Assembly: GCA_951406725.2 (NCBI GenBank)
Contig: OX597818.1
Coordinates: 51,212,001-51,276,000 of the forward strand
Direction of reading: 5' to 3'
Length of the DNA: 64,000 nt
Origin: Octopus vulgaris
Lineage: Eukaryota
Below are positions 1 through 12,744 of this stretch, piece by piece. The translations under genes were made by a program, and so were the position numbers. Every line of letters begins with the position of its first letter. Positions within the stretch are counted from its first letter, which is position 1. The notes below the pieces were generated by a model. It did no database searches. It was not told the DNA's origin and worked only from the letters and a program-made list of their open reading frames with translations.

Positions 1-39
1 AATCTAGCCTGAAAGTGTAATGGCAATAGCATCTTATAG

Positions 40-454
40 GGATCTTTTCGGTTTGAACGGCAGTTTTTGACATAATTTGTAAGTAACTAAAAAATTTTAA
101 ACTTCGTATACTGGTAGAATGTGTTTATAAAACATCTTTTTCTCTTGGCTTTTTTGAGAAAATTCTATAGTTTGTAAGATATTTGTTGTTTTTTTTCTTC
201 AATTTCTGCAATTTCAACCAATCAGTGACATCTATTGAGGTAAAAACATTCTGTGCTGTATGAGAAACAGATTGGGTTTATTTACATTTCTGAAGAAAAA
301 AAGATACCCTTCCCATCACCCCTAACCCTAACCCTAACTAATCCTAATCCTAAAACAGATTGAAATGCAATAGATCGATACTAGGGTCATAATTATGGGT
401 GACAATTTCATATGACACCACTAGAAAAAACTGCCGTTCAAACCAAAAAGATCC
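40..454. mobile_element. Non-autonomous DNA transposon (MITE family A), ~30-bp TIRs, 8-bp TSD
   Basis: TIR GGATCTTTTCGGTTTGAACGGCAGTTTTT...AAAAACTGCCGTTCAAACCAAAAAGATCC; TSD TCTTATAG at 32-39 and 455-462; internal (CCCTAA)n. Confidence 0.9.
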
Positions 455-930
455 TCTTATAGGTCCCTAAGGAAGAAGTGTCTGGAGACTCTACACCCCA
501 CAACTCTCCCATGAATAGTGGCTAGAGAAATGGATTGAAGGATGGATGGATCAAGTAGCTGGAAATATTTGCAAGTAACCAGAAGAGAAGCATAGAACTA
601 GGTATGTGTAACTTGAAAAACAAACCCAAAGTAAGGAGTTTTCCAATGTTCTGCTGTGTGAGGATCAGGGGTGTGATGTGTTTTACATTACAAAGCCGTA
701 TGTCAATGTCAATCAAAATGTTGCTGGGGAAAATTGTGTGTTGAAAGATAACAGCATACTTACTCTTACTGGTTGTGAGAAGAAACAGGCTTGAACATGT
801 TGTGAGAAATTGCTGAATTTCATGGATGTGAAGGGGAGAGAATGACAGACCCAAGAAACAACTGAAAATTTGATTAAAACTCTCCTTTTAAAAGATGGAA
901 TTTCTTTTTTAAACTGTTATAACAAATTAT

Positions 931-1239
931 GTTTCGTTTTGGGATTTGGTTTGCAAGATTCTTTATGTGAGTTCGTGTGTTGAAGCATATTCTGTTGTGT
1001 CTGGGGAGAGTCATTCTCTTTCAGTGTCTTCTTATTTAACACACTCACCGGTAAAATTTCCACTTTGCAGCCTTTTCAATAGTCTTGACTCTTAAGAGTC
1101 TTGACTCTCAAGAGTCAAGAGTATTGAAAAGGTTGCAAGACGCAACGAAAATTTTAGGAAAATAAAAAAGTGGAAATTTTACCGGTGTGTTAAATAAGAA
1201 GACACAAAAAGAGAATAACTCTCCCCAGACACAACAGAA
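931..1239. mobile_element. Palindromic insertion, possibly a Penelope-like remnant
   Basis: Inverted arms from 988 to 1241 around a TCTTGACTC..GAGTCAAGA centre; flanked by direct repeat TAACAAATTAT (920-930, 1240-1250). Confidence 0.6.
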
Positions 1240-2159
1240 TAACAAATTATATTTTATATATATACTTTGTCCATTACAATTAATTAAAACAGGAATTATA
1301 GTTGTTTAATCTGCTTTTGTTGCAGCCACGAAATTTGCTCTTCAGATGGGCTTTAAGGAATCAGATTTGCATACAAATAAATCAATAGCAGTATGGAAGA
1401 AGTGGCGTTCAGGTAAATGCCAACCAAACTACTGGAAAGTAAGTGTCTTAGATCATGTATTACATAACAAATAGCTTCATTCCTAATGTCAATGCTCTTT
1501 AAAAAAAAATATACATGGCTGTTTGTTAAGTGGTTTGCTACCCAACCACAAGGTTTCGGGTTATGTTCCATACAGTGGAACTGAACCCGAAACAGGTATA
1601 GAAACCTTACCAAAGCAAAGACTGAAACCTAGTGCAGCCCTCCAGCTTGCCAGTACCAGTGAAACTGTCTAATCCATGCCCCAGCATGGAAAACAGGCGT
1701 TAATTGATGATGATGATATATATATACATATATACGACGGGCTTCTTTGAGTTTCCGTCTACCAAATCCACTCACAAGGCTTTGGTCGGCCCAAGGCTAT
1801 AGTAGAGGACACTTGCCCAAGGTGCCATGCAGTGGGACTGAACCCAGAGCCATGTGGTTGGTAAGCAACCTACTTACCACACAGCCACTCCTACACCATA
1901 TATGTATAATTAAAATGGAAATCTATCACATTGTCTCCTAACCTTTGTTAGTCCAGCACCCACTTAGATGTCCTTTCACATTGGCCAACCCTACCCTTTA
2001 AATATTCCATAAAGGCATTTAAATACAGATAAGGTTTGATTTGAATTCCAAGCACACCCTGAAATAAATTTAGGTGTCCCACTTGGGGGCTAGCACCCCA
2101 GATTGGGAAACAACTATCCATGGCTATAGTTATGAATTACCATTATATTTCTTCAACAG

Positions 2160-2362
2160 GATGTTGAACCAGACCCTAGAAAACACTGTGGACCTTACAA
2201 ACCTGCCAATCATGGCAACACTCTTTACAAATTTCATGACCCACAAAGTTCACCTGATATCTCCGAATCCAACCATGACACCATTGGTATGATTGTTGTT
2301 GATGCCAAAGGTAATGTGGCAGGAGGAACTTCAACAAATGGAATGACCCACAAAATTCCTGG
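2160..2362 (+). CDS. AGA: Aspartylglucosaminidase internal exon containing the autocleavage site HD|TIG
   Basis: AG/GT-bounded; translates DVEPDPRKHCGPYKP...NHDTIGMIVVDAKGNVAGGTSTNGMTHKIPG, matching glycosylasparaginase (Ntn hydrolase). Upstream exons were not found in the window. Confidence 0.93.
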
Positions 2363-2530
2363 GTTTGTAATCTTTAATTTTAAAATATATTTCTGTAATT
2401 TTTCGTTTTTTTCTTCTTTTCTTTTTAATATATTCATGTTTGATCCTTTCCTGCTGCTGTTTATCTCTGATTTCTTGGTTGGTTTTAGACATTAGTTGAG
2501 TTAGTGTTATCATTTTTAATGCAGTGAGTA

Positions 2531-3010
2531 CCGTAAATCCTCGAGTATAGTCCGCCCTTGAGTATAATACACAGGGGATTTTTAGGGGGCTGTACCTCTG
2601 AAAAACCTAAACCTTGAGTATAATACGCACCCCTTCTCTAACTTGAGTCAAGGAGGTTATTATAACGTCCTTGGTTTGTAAAAATGTATACGGTAACGTC
2701 CATTATTATTATTGTATATATAACATAATGCAAACTTGTAGCTTTTTTGTGCATTTTGTTTGCAGAAAATAAAGAAATAACCTTAATAACGTTTAATAAA
2801 TGTTGCTAACTGCAAGTTATGGATGATTTAAGGTATTTTTGTGCCCGACATCACAAAATGCATCTGAATAAATATTGCCGGACAGCAAATAGAGACTCGG
2901 ACATTGCTTAGAAAATAATTTTCATTTTTAACCTTGTATATAGTACACACTAGGGATTTTGACCTTTAAATTTTGGGACAAAAAAGCGGATTATACTCGA
3001 AGATTTACGG
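2531..3010. mobile_element. TA-flanked MITE (Tc1/mariner-pogo type)
   Basis: TA|CCGTAAATCCTCGAGTATAGTCCGC...GCGGATTATACTCGAAGATTTACGG|TA; related copy in opposite orientation at 6515-7037. Confidence 0.8.
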
Positions 3011-5636
3011 TATTAAAACTTGAGCTCATCATCATCATTTAACATCCACTTTCCATGCTGGCATGGGTTGGACAATTCAATAGGAACTGGCAAACCACTA
3101 AGCTGCATCTAGTATCTCCAATACCTGCTTAATATCTCCAATATCTGCTCCAATATCTCCAATATCTACTTTGGTATTGTTTCTGTAGCCAGATGCCCTT
3201 CCTTACACCAACCCCTTTACAGAGTGTTCTGAGTGATTTTAGCATGGTTCCAGCATTAGTGAGGTCACTAAGTAACTTGCCAGACTCGACCCCCTCAACT
3301 GAGGGCGGAGTAGTTTTGAGGGAGGTGGCTTTATGCCAAGTAATGAGAGGCTTAAGTATGGTGGATGTCTTGCTGAAGAGAGTAGAAAGAAGAATGCAAT
3401 ACTTAACAATGCTTAATAAAATTTCAATTATTTTTGATGAGTTGTAGCTTCTGATGTTTAGACCCAAGTCAGCTTTAATCAGGCAGATCTATGAACAAAA
3501 GTGTTTGAGCTATGACCATCCTGTTTTACTTTTGCAAGAATAGTATACTCCAGGCTATATTATTCAGTGTCTTTTATCTGGTATAACTAAAGAATTGGGC
3601 CCCACTGACTTTGTTTTGTCATAAAAGGGGTGTGGTTGTATGTTTGTTGTTTTATAACACAGGGAATGAGACAAAGGCATGATACAATACATTGAGACAT
3701 GTTAAGAACTAGCTTAAAAGCCACCCTATTGGGTGGCTTTTAAGCTAGTATATAGCTTTTAACGGTGGCGAAATGGCAGAATCGTTACTGTGCCGGGCAA
3801 AATGCTCAGCTGCATTTCGACCGTTGTTACATTCTCAGTTCAAATTCTACCGGTGTTAACTTTACCTTGGTGGAGGCACGTAGCCTAGTGGTTAGAGCAG
3901 CAGACTTGTGGTTGAGGGATCGTGGGTTCGAATCTCAGACTGGGCGATGTGTGTGCTTATGAGCGAAACACCTATGTTCCACACAGCTCTGGCAGAAGGT
4001 AATGGCGAAATTCTGCTGTCTCTTTCACCACCTTTTTCTCTCACTCTTTCCTCCTGCATCTTGCAGCTCACCTGTGATGGACCGGCATCCCATCCAGGAG
4101 AGGAACCGGCCTTTATGAGCCAGGCATGGCTCGAGAAGGAACAGACATATAGCTTTTAAGCTGCTGACCCTGAATGGAGAGACCTGCAAACAAATTCTCT
4201 GACTTGTTTTGAAGAATTTGTTGCAGTTGCTTCCTCCAGAGTCATATCCCAATGATGATCATATTTGTCTCAAAAAAAAATTGCTGAAAATAATTGCTGG
4301 ATTTCACAATTAATTTCAATTATTCCCAAAATTTTTTTCCAAGTTATAAAAATTGTATAATACAAAAAATTTTGTCGCAAGAAATCACATAAAAAAATTT
4401 GCCAAAAATAATTGCAATAATGAAGACTTGAGAATCCAATATTTCAGGATTGCGAATCCAGATTTGGCTCAGAATGTTTGTAATTTACTCGTGGAGTTGG
4501 CCTTTAGGTTGTAAAAATTGTTATTGTGCAAAAAAATTTGTTGCAAAAAGTCACGTAAAAAATTCGAGAAAACAATCGCAGTAATGAAAACTTGGGAATC
4601 CAAAATTTCAGGATTATGGGTCTGGATTCAGCCCAGAATGTTTTTAATTTACTCACAGAGTCAGCCTGATTCCAAAATGGTATATGTTGGGCTACAGCTT
4701 CTAGGAGTAAAGTTGAAAAAGTGTGACACACTGACACACTGACATTCACATTTATTATATTAGATTTTTCTAAGTTTCACTCATAGGCAAATGAAATATA
4801 TAAACACATAGATGATTAATAAAAAAGATATACAAAAGATGAAACCGGTTAGGGCAACCCACCCACTCATGGACAAGCAGAGTCTCCTGAGTTAAATCAA
4901 GACACCTCCATGACCCTGACCTCATCTTACTTCCATTTACTCCACAAACATATACACAAAATAATCAATTCCAAAGGAGCCAGTGAGTTGCTCAAAGAAC
5001 CCACAACCTCCTGGGAACAAAGGTGTTACTGTTAATAAACTTTGAGAGTGGTCTGTATAAGTAGTCTATATTCCATCTCCATCTCAACCTGTGTTTTATC
5101 TTTCCCTTTCTCTTCCTGTTTACCATTTAAAATATTTATCAGTTTTTTTGTTGACTTTTCAAAGGAATGTGAACAATGTATTCCCTGCTGAAAATAGGAC
5201 TTCTCCTCATACATCTTGCTCACTTTCTACATGAAGTCCCTTATAATTTGGTGGAGGAGACTTTTACCTTTATTTATTTATTTTTTTCACTGTCCCCAAC
5301 AATTTGGTACCCTTGCCATCAGTCTCACAAGACCATGGGGTGATACTCTATGTTTTGGTTAAAGGAGAGAATCCTTTGTCATGAGCTTACAACACTTAGA
5401 ACATACACTCTGTTGTCATTGTTGTTGCTGATGTTGTTACTGTTTCCTTTCTGCCTCTTCTTCCTCCTCTTCTGTATCCCTTTAGCATTTAGATTACTCT
5501 GTCAAATGTTCTGCTTATTTATTCACATTAATTTGAATTAATCTTGCATTACCTCTTAGCTTTGAGGTTTCAATGATGTGATTCTAAATCTCTATATATA
5601 TATAAAGTATAATTCAAAGCAGATCTTTGTTTTCAG

Positions 5637-5744
5637 GAGAGTTGGTGATTCACCTATTGTTGGTGCTGGTGCTTATGTGGACAATGCAGTCGGTGGTGCT
5701 GTAGCTACAGGTGATGGAGACGTTATGATGAGATTTTTACCAAG
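5637..5744 (+). CDS. AGA: Aspartylglucosaminidase exon
   Basis: [35 protein letters not shown] asparaginase-2 signature; phases 2/2 fit neighbouring exons. Confidence 0.95.
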
Positions 5745-5977
5745 GTCAGTAAAGCAATGATATATACACTACAAATATACACCTACTAATTGAAACTTTC
5801 ATCTCTGTCAACTTCACCTTGAAACTGCTCAGCTCCAGGTTTATCTTAATAATTCCCTTACAGATTCAGCTATGAGAACTTGATCATCAACATGTATGAG
5901 TTCCCACAAACAGCCAGTCTTAAACTGCTCAGTGATGGCTTGTAGGACTATGATAAATAGGAGGAGACTCTGATAAA

Positions 5978-6210
5978 GGCGGCGAGCTGGCAGAAACGTT
6001 AGCACGCCAGGCGAAATGTGTAGCCATATTTCGTCTGCCATTACATTCTGAGTTCAAATTCCGCCGAGGTCGACTTTGCCTTTCATCCTTTCGGGATCAA
6101 TAAACTAAGTACCAGTTATGCACTGGGGGTCGATGTAATCGACTTAATCCATTTGTCCTTGTTCATCCACTCTGTGTTTAACCCCTTGTGGGTAGTAAAG
6201 AAATAAATAG
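5978..6210 (+). mobile_element. tRNA-derived SINE family B (representative; further copies near 13.3k, 14.3k, 27.5k, 33.7-34.3k, 43.7-44.1k, 51.2k, 53.7k, 58.0-58.8k)
   Basis: Recurrent GGCGGCGAGCTGGCAGAAACGTTAGC...GAGTTCAAATTCC head with A/B-box-like motifs. Confidence 0.8.
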
Positions 6211-6514
6211 ATAAATAGAAGGGGACTAGAGTCCCAGTATGTGGAGGCATGCGGCTTAGTAATTAGGGTGTACCACTCATGATTGTAAAATTATGGTTTC
6301 GATCCCTGGACCAGGCAATGCATTGTGTTCTTAAGCAAAACACTTCATTTCATGTTGCTACTGTTCACTCAACTGGCAAAAATGAGGAATCCTGCAATGG
6401 ACTGCCATGCTGTCCTGGGAGAAATATATAAATTATAGAAACCAGGAAACTGGCCCTATGAGTCTATATGACTCAGAAAGGGGCTTTGTTATCATTATAT
6501 AGAGTCACAGTATA

Positions 6515-7037
6515 CCATAAATCCTTGAGTATAATCCGCATTTTTTTTCCCAACATTTAATGGTCAAAATCCATAGTGCATACTCTATACAAGGTTAAAA
6601 ATGAATGATATTTTCTAAGCAATGTCCGAGTTTCTATTTGCTGTCCAACAATGTTTATTCAGACACATTTTGTGATGCTGGGCGTGAAAATATTTTCAGC
6701 TAAGCTTGAAAGCAATGAAGTAATAAAAGAATCATCCATAACTTGCAGTAAGCAACATTTATTAAAATAAAAGTATTCAGAACACAGAATAACATGTAAC
6801 AAAAACAATTTGCAAACATATTTACATTCCCATATAACAGTTAAGAAAATCACCATTATTGTGTTACGCATGCGCGGAAGTGTTTGTTCGACTAGGTGCT
6901 GCTGGCTTAATTACGCACAACTCAAGTTGAAGAAGGGGTGCGTATTATACACAAGGCTTAGGTTTTTCAGAGGTACAGCCCCCTAAAAATTCCCTGTGTA
7001 TTATACTCAAGTGCAGACTATACTCGAGGATTTATGG
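6515..7037. mobile_element. TA-flanked MITE, same family as 2531-3010, opposite orientation
   Basis: Same TIRs; ends are the reverse complement of the first copy. Confidence 0.8.
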
Positions 7038-7444
7038 TACCAATCTTGAGATCAACTCTTGGGTTATCAGATGAAAAGAGGTAAAAATTTATTCAAATTT
7101 CAAAAGCTATAAATAAAAGTTGTGAGTGAAGAACAGAACTACAAATAATCCATAAAACACTTGGATTAAAATATTTTTCATGTTAATCCAAATAACAGTG
7201 GAAAGAATTAAAATAAATCTTTTATCTTTTGACTTGTTTCAGTCGTTAGACTGTGGCCATGCTAGGGCAACACCTTGAAGAATTTTAAGTTGGATGAATC
7301 AACCACAGTGTTTTTTTGGGGTTTTTTTGGCTTAAGCTTGATATTTATTATGTTGCTTTATTTCATGGAATTGCTAAGTTATGGGGACATAAACAAACCA
7401 ACACCTGTTGTCAAGCAGTGTGGTAGGCAGGGGAGACACACAGG

Positions 7445-7492
<48 letters not shown>

Positions 7493-7494
7493 CA

Positions 7495-7530
<36 letters not shown>

Positions 7531-7577
7531 TATATATGTATATATAAACATATATATATATATATGTATATATAAAC

Positions 7578-7608
<31 letters not shown>

Positions 7609-8386
7609 CACATATGTATATAATGATATAATGTATATATATATATATATATATCATCATCATCATCATCATCGTTTAGCGTCCGTTTTCCATGCTAGCA
7701 TGGGTTGGACGGTTCTACTGGGGTCTGTGAAGCCAGAAGGCTTCATCAGGCCCAGTCAAATCTGGCAGTGTTTCTACGGCTGGATGCCCTTCCTAACGCC
7801 AACCACTCCGTGAGTGTAGTGGGTGCTTTTTACTATATATATATAGTTAGAATTTACAAAAACAAAAGATGAAGACAGGTGTGTAACCACATACAGGTGT
7901 ATTAGTTTAACGCTCGGGAAGGTAAGAAAGTCTTTTATGTTTCAAGCCTATGCTCTTCAACAGAAAGGAACACAGAAATAAGCAGAAAGAGAGAATAAAA
8001 AAAGAAAGTTTTAGTAGCTAGTGGTCAATTATGGTGATGGCCGGACAGATGTGGTCAGACAGGAGAATCTAGGAAGAAGGGGAGATAATAAAGTAGTGGA
8101 GATCCCAAAACAATGGGGCTTCTTTCAGCTTCCATCTACCAAATCCACTCACAAGGCTTTGATTGGTCTGAAGCTGAAATAAAAGACACTTGCCCAAGGT
8201 GTCACACAGTGGTACTGAACTCAGAACCATGTGGTTGGGAAGCAAGCCTCTTACGACACAGCCACTACCTGTGCCCAATTAATAGGGGAAAAAAGAAACA
8301 AGTTTATCTGACAGCTCAATGTATTTCAACATAACCATTTTTTTCTTAATGCACCCAATGTTCCTTTTTCCATTGTGTTCTTTCAG

Positions 8387-8520
8387 CTTCCATGCTGTTC
8401 TCTTGATGCAAGAGGGTTTAAGTCCAACAGAAGCAACGAGAAAAGCTTTGCTTCCCATAATCAAGAAATACCCAAATTTTAACGGCGCACTTGTGGCTAC
8501 CACCATCACTGGTGAATATG
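8387..8520 (+). CDS. AGA: Aspartylglucosaminidase exon
   Basis: SFHAVLLMQEGLSPTEATRKALLPIIKKYPNFNGALVATTITGEYG; AG/GT boundaries in phase. Confidence 0.92.
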
Positions 8521-10453
8521 GTAGGTATGATTAGAAGAGATTTTTCTTTATTCACCATAAAGGTTATACATAGAAAGAAAACGGAACCATCACAAATGAT
8601 TTGACATTAAACATGCATATGGGGTCTGTTAAAAATTTATACATGGTTATAGTTTACGGATGATAAGACACTGTACAGTACAATTTCACAGATGGAGTGG
8701 GGCGGGATTACGGACCCCACGAGCCCCACCACGACACTGACTTTGGGTTTTTTTCCTCTTTTTTTTTAGGCTTATCTCACATTCATGAGGGTCCTTTTTT
8801 TCACGACATTCTTCCATCTTTCATCAAACACTTTCTTACTCAGGCACCTCTTCTCTAACTCTGTTTGTCTTTTTAGGTGGAATCTAACACACAGACATAT
8901 GCACACACACACACACACACACACACACGTACACATACATATTTGTGTATGCAGAAATGTATATAAACATACAAATACACACACATATGCATATACACAC
9001 AGTCACCTGTGCACACACACATACATAGAAATGTGAATGCACATGCACACATCCATATGCACACACATACACAAGAGTATTGGTAAAAGAATTGAACAGA
9101 ATATGATAAAAGATACACACACTAAAACATACACATACCTATGCACATACATTCGTGCATGCACACACACTCACAGATGTATGCATGTGCATAATCACAC
9201 ATACACATACACACACATAGCTGTATGCAAACGTTCACAAATGAGTCTGCAGAGCAATCTCTATGTCAGCACTCAACCTGCTAGAAATAGAAACCAGATC
9301 TCCCTCAAATCACATTCTACCACTAGAAAAAATGCTATGCTCATAGGTCATCTTGACCAGGGCTGACCTGGAGGTAAATAACATTTCATCATAATCATCA
9401 TTATCATCATCATCTAACGTCCCTTGTCCCATGCTGGCATGGGTTGGATACTTTGACAGGATCCAATGGGTCCAAGGATTGCATCATCTTCCATTGCCTA
9501 CTTTGGTATGGTTTCTATGGCTAGATGCCCTTCCTATGCATAATAATTTCTTCATGGATCATCATCTTTCTTTTTAATGGTTACAAGGGATTGATATAGG
9601 TGCAGTTCAACATTTATTGTGTCTTTTAGTCAAGTCATTTAAGGCTCAGCATTCACAGAACATTTTTGAACTAAAATTAATCCCTAGTTTGCTTTTTTTT
9701 TTGTCCTATCTCTACTACCAGAACCATCTGTAACGAACTCCTGGCACAGTGCCAGTATCAGCCATTTTATGTCCAAAGTACAGGTGCGACTGTGTGGGTA
9801 AGAAGCTTGCTTACCAATCGTGTGATCTTGTATTCAGTCTCACTGCATGGTACCTTGGTCAAATGTCTTCTACAACAGCCCTGGGCTGACCAATGCCTTA
9901 TGAGTGAATTTGGTTGACACAAACTGAAAGAAGCTTGTTGTACATATATTTTGTATTTAGACACATCACTTTTTCTGCTGATACTATAAAAGGTCTCTGC
10001 CCCTCAGTCTAGCTGGGCTCATGCCCTCCCCCAACTCAGCAGCTCTCCCATTCCATTAATTTTCTTCCTGCCCCCACCCTTGCTGTATCCTATCCCCAGG
10101 TCTCACTCTAAACACTACGCCATGTCCAGTCCTTTTCTCTTGGAACAGCTCTCTGTGGACTTATTTCCCTGTAAGTGTTAATTTACAAATCTTCAATGGC
10201 ATCACTCTCGCTGGTCAAGGAGAACCTGCAAAGGCCATTGGCACTTGCTCCTTCCCCCAGACTCAGCCAGTAATTTTTAAAATCTCTGTTCCCTTAAATA
10301 TTCATTGTTTTGTTTGGAAACAAACTTGGGATACCTGTGTGAAATCTGGGAATGCCAACCAATAACCTATTATGCAACAAACATTTACAAGTATTAAATC
10401 ATTGCCAGGAAAGTCCTCAAAACATTGTTTGCTTTTCTTGTTTCTCCCTCCAG

Positions 10454-10563
10454 GGGCAGCCTGTCATAATTTTGGTGGATCAGTTTGGTACACAGTCACA
10501 AATCCTTCATTGGAAAACTCAACTGTTTTCAGAATAAAATGTTCTAAAAATTTCCAATTTTGA
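10454..10563 (+). CDS. AGA: Aspartylglucosaminidase terminal coding exon
   Basis: GAACHNFGG...FQF-stop; conserved GAAC; AATAAA at 10723 and 10840 downstream. Confidence 0.9.
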
Positions 10564-10963
10564 CCCAAAACAACATTTACCAAAACGCATTTACCGACAT
10601 GAGATGTTCGAAAAGAAAATTCCACAATGACGCCAGTGAAGATGAGAACATCAACTAACCACACATTTTAATCATGAGGAAAGAAGCCGAAGAATGGTGC
10701 TAATATCTTATAAAACAAGTGAAATAAATGTATTATTCTTTTATTATTTCTGTGTGTTTTTTTCAATGTTGGCCATAGATTTATTGAAGCTGGCTGTCAT
10801 CTTGCTGATCACTTCTGTGAACAACTGTTAAACATTTGCAATAAATGCTAAATTCTATGTTTTTGTGCAGCTGAAGATTGCTCTACATTTTAAATTGATG
10901 TCATGAAATGATTGCATGGTTCAATTAAATGGAGGTGATATCAAAAAATTGCAGGACTAGTTA

Positions 10964-11358
10964 TCTTTATATATAAAAGTAAGGTTGTGTGTCTGTCTAC
11001 TCCGATTTAGATTCCTAACTACTCCCACATTTTGCAGTGCAGTTTAACCAAAACCGGGTATCTTATAGTCGTGATTCATATCGAGCCCTTCTGGGTATTA
11101 GCGTGCGTCTACAATGAGTCTACGATTTTAAAAATAATTTACCATCATTTTTTTCCATTTTTATGCATATTTTTTTAAATATAAGGGAAGTAACTCTCTA
11201 AAAATGTCTACGATGAGTCAACGATTTTTAAAAAAATTTACCATCATATTTTTTCCATTTTTAATGCATTTTTTTGCTATCTTTTGGCTATAACTCTCTA
11301 AAAATGCTTTATAGTTATTTCCCTTACAAACCCGAGCAACGCCGGGCGATACTGCTAG
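10964..11358 (+). mobile_element. Non-autonomous Helitron
   Basis: A|TC 5' end; 3' hairpin CCCGAGCAACGCCGGG then CTAG|T; second copy on - strand at 60931-61305. Confidence 0.85.
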
Positions 11359-11359
11359 T

Positions 11360-11700
11360 GTTTAATAAAAAATAACTTATTTACCTATTATTATCTCCTT
11401 CGAAATAGTCACCTCGCACAGCAATACACTGGTCCCAGTGTTCCTACCACTTTTGGAATCCAGCCTAGAAGTTGTTTTCTGTGAGCAAGAAAGGATCTTT
11501 TGTGATTCATTCCGGATACCAACAACAGTGTTAAAACGGTGACCTTTGAGCTGAATTTTCATCTTGGGGAAGAGATGGAAGTTTGCAAGGTGCTAAATCT
11601 GGGGGATAGAGCAGGTGTGAAAGCAATACCATGATATTGTTGGTGAGAAACTTACAAGTGAGATGAGCTTGTTGTCATGAAGAACCATGCAACAAGCTTT
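11360..11700 (-). mobile_element. Degenerate mariner transposase C-terminal remnant
   Basis: MKIQLKGHRF... and, after a frameshift, ...WDQCIAVRGDYFEGD, typical of mariner C-termini. Confidence 0.7.
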
Positions 11701-12371
11701 TGCACAGATTTTGTCAAATAAATAAGATTTTCAAGGCCTTGGTCAGCAGATGAAAAAAAGTAACTGCACGACAGGATTGAACTTGGAACCATGCAATAGC
11801 AAAGCGAACTTCTCATCCTTCTAGCTATATATATAAAACTTTAAATAACTATATTTACCCTTTTACTAGTTTCAGTCATTTGACTGTGGTCATGCTGGAG
11901 CAGTGCCTTTAGACAAACAAATCAACCCCAGTACTTATTCGTTGTAAGCCTAGTACTTATTCTATCAGTTTCTTTTGCCAAACCGCTAAGTTACAGGGAT
12001 GTAAACATACCAACATCGGTTGTCAAGCGATGGTGTCAGGGACAAACACAGACACACAAACATATACACACACACACATATATATATATATATCAGTATC
12101 TTTTGCCGAAATGCTAAGTTATGGGGACGTAAACACACCAACATCGCTTGACAAGCGATGGTGGTAGGGACAAACAGACACACACACCATGATAGATCGC
12201 TAGCCATTACACACATTTTTCTCTCCTTGTTTCTTTCTGTGTCCCTTTCTGTGGAAGAGCGTAGGCTCGAAACGTTAAAGACTTTTCAATTCCCGAGCAT
12301 TATACTAATACATCTGTTTGTTTTCTACACCACTTGTCTTCGTCTTTTGTTTTTTTTTGTGAATTCTCCCT

Positions 12372-12410
<39 letters not shown>

Positions 12411-12706
12411 CGTGACCGACCAGGCTATCAGATGTTGCTACATATCGCTGGTTACAATGCGCTTCGCATTGTTTTAGCCTTCAAATGACGCCACCCCGAT
12501 GGCTAAGCGAGCAGGCCAACAGAAGAAAGAGTGAGAGAAAGTAGTGGTGAAAGAGTACAGCAGGGATCAACACCACCCTCTGCCGGAACCTCGTGGACCT
12601 TTAGGTGTTTTCACTTAATAAACACTCACAACGCCCAGTCTGGGAATCGAAACCGCGATCCTACGACCGCGAGTCTGCTGCGCTAATCACTGGGCCATTG
12701 CACCTC

Positions 12707-12744
<38 letters not shown>

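Noticed and set aside
7374-9366. YIYI/CVCV/THTH-rich ORFs (also at 25.4-25.9k, 55.0-55.7k, 60.1-60.4k)
   Set aside because: Translations of microsatellites.
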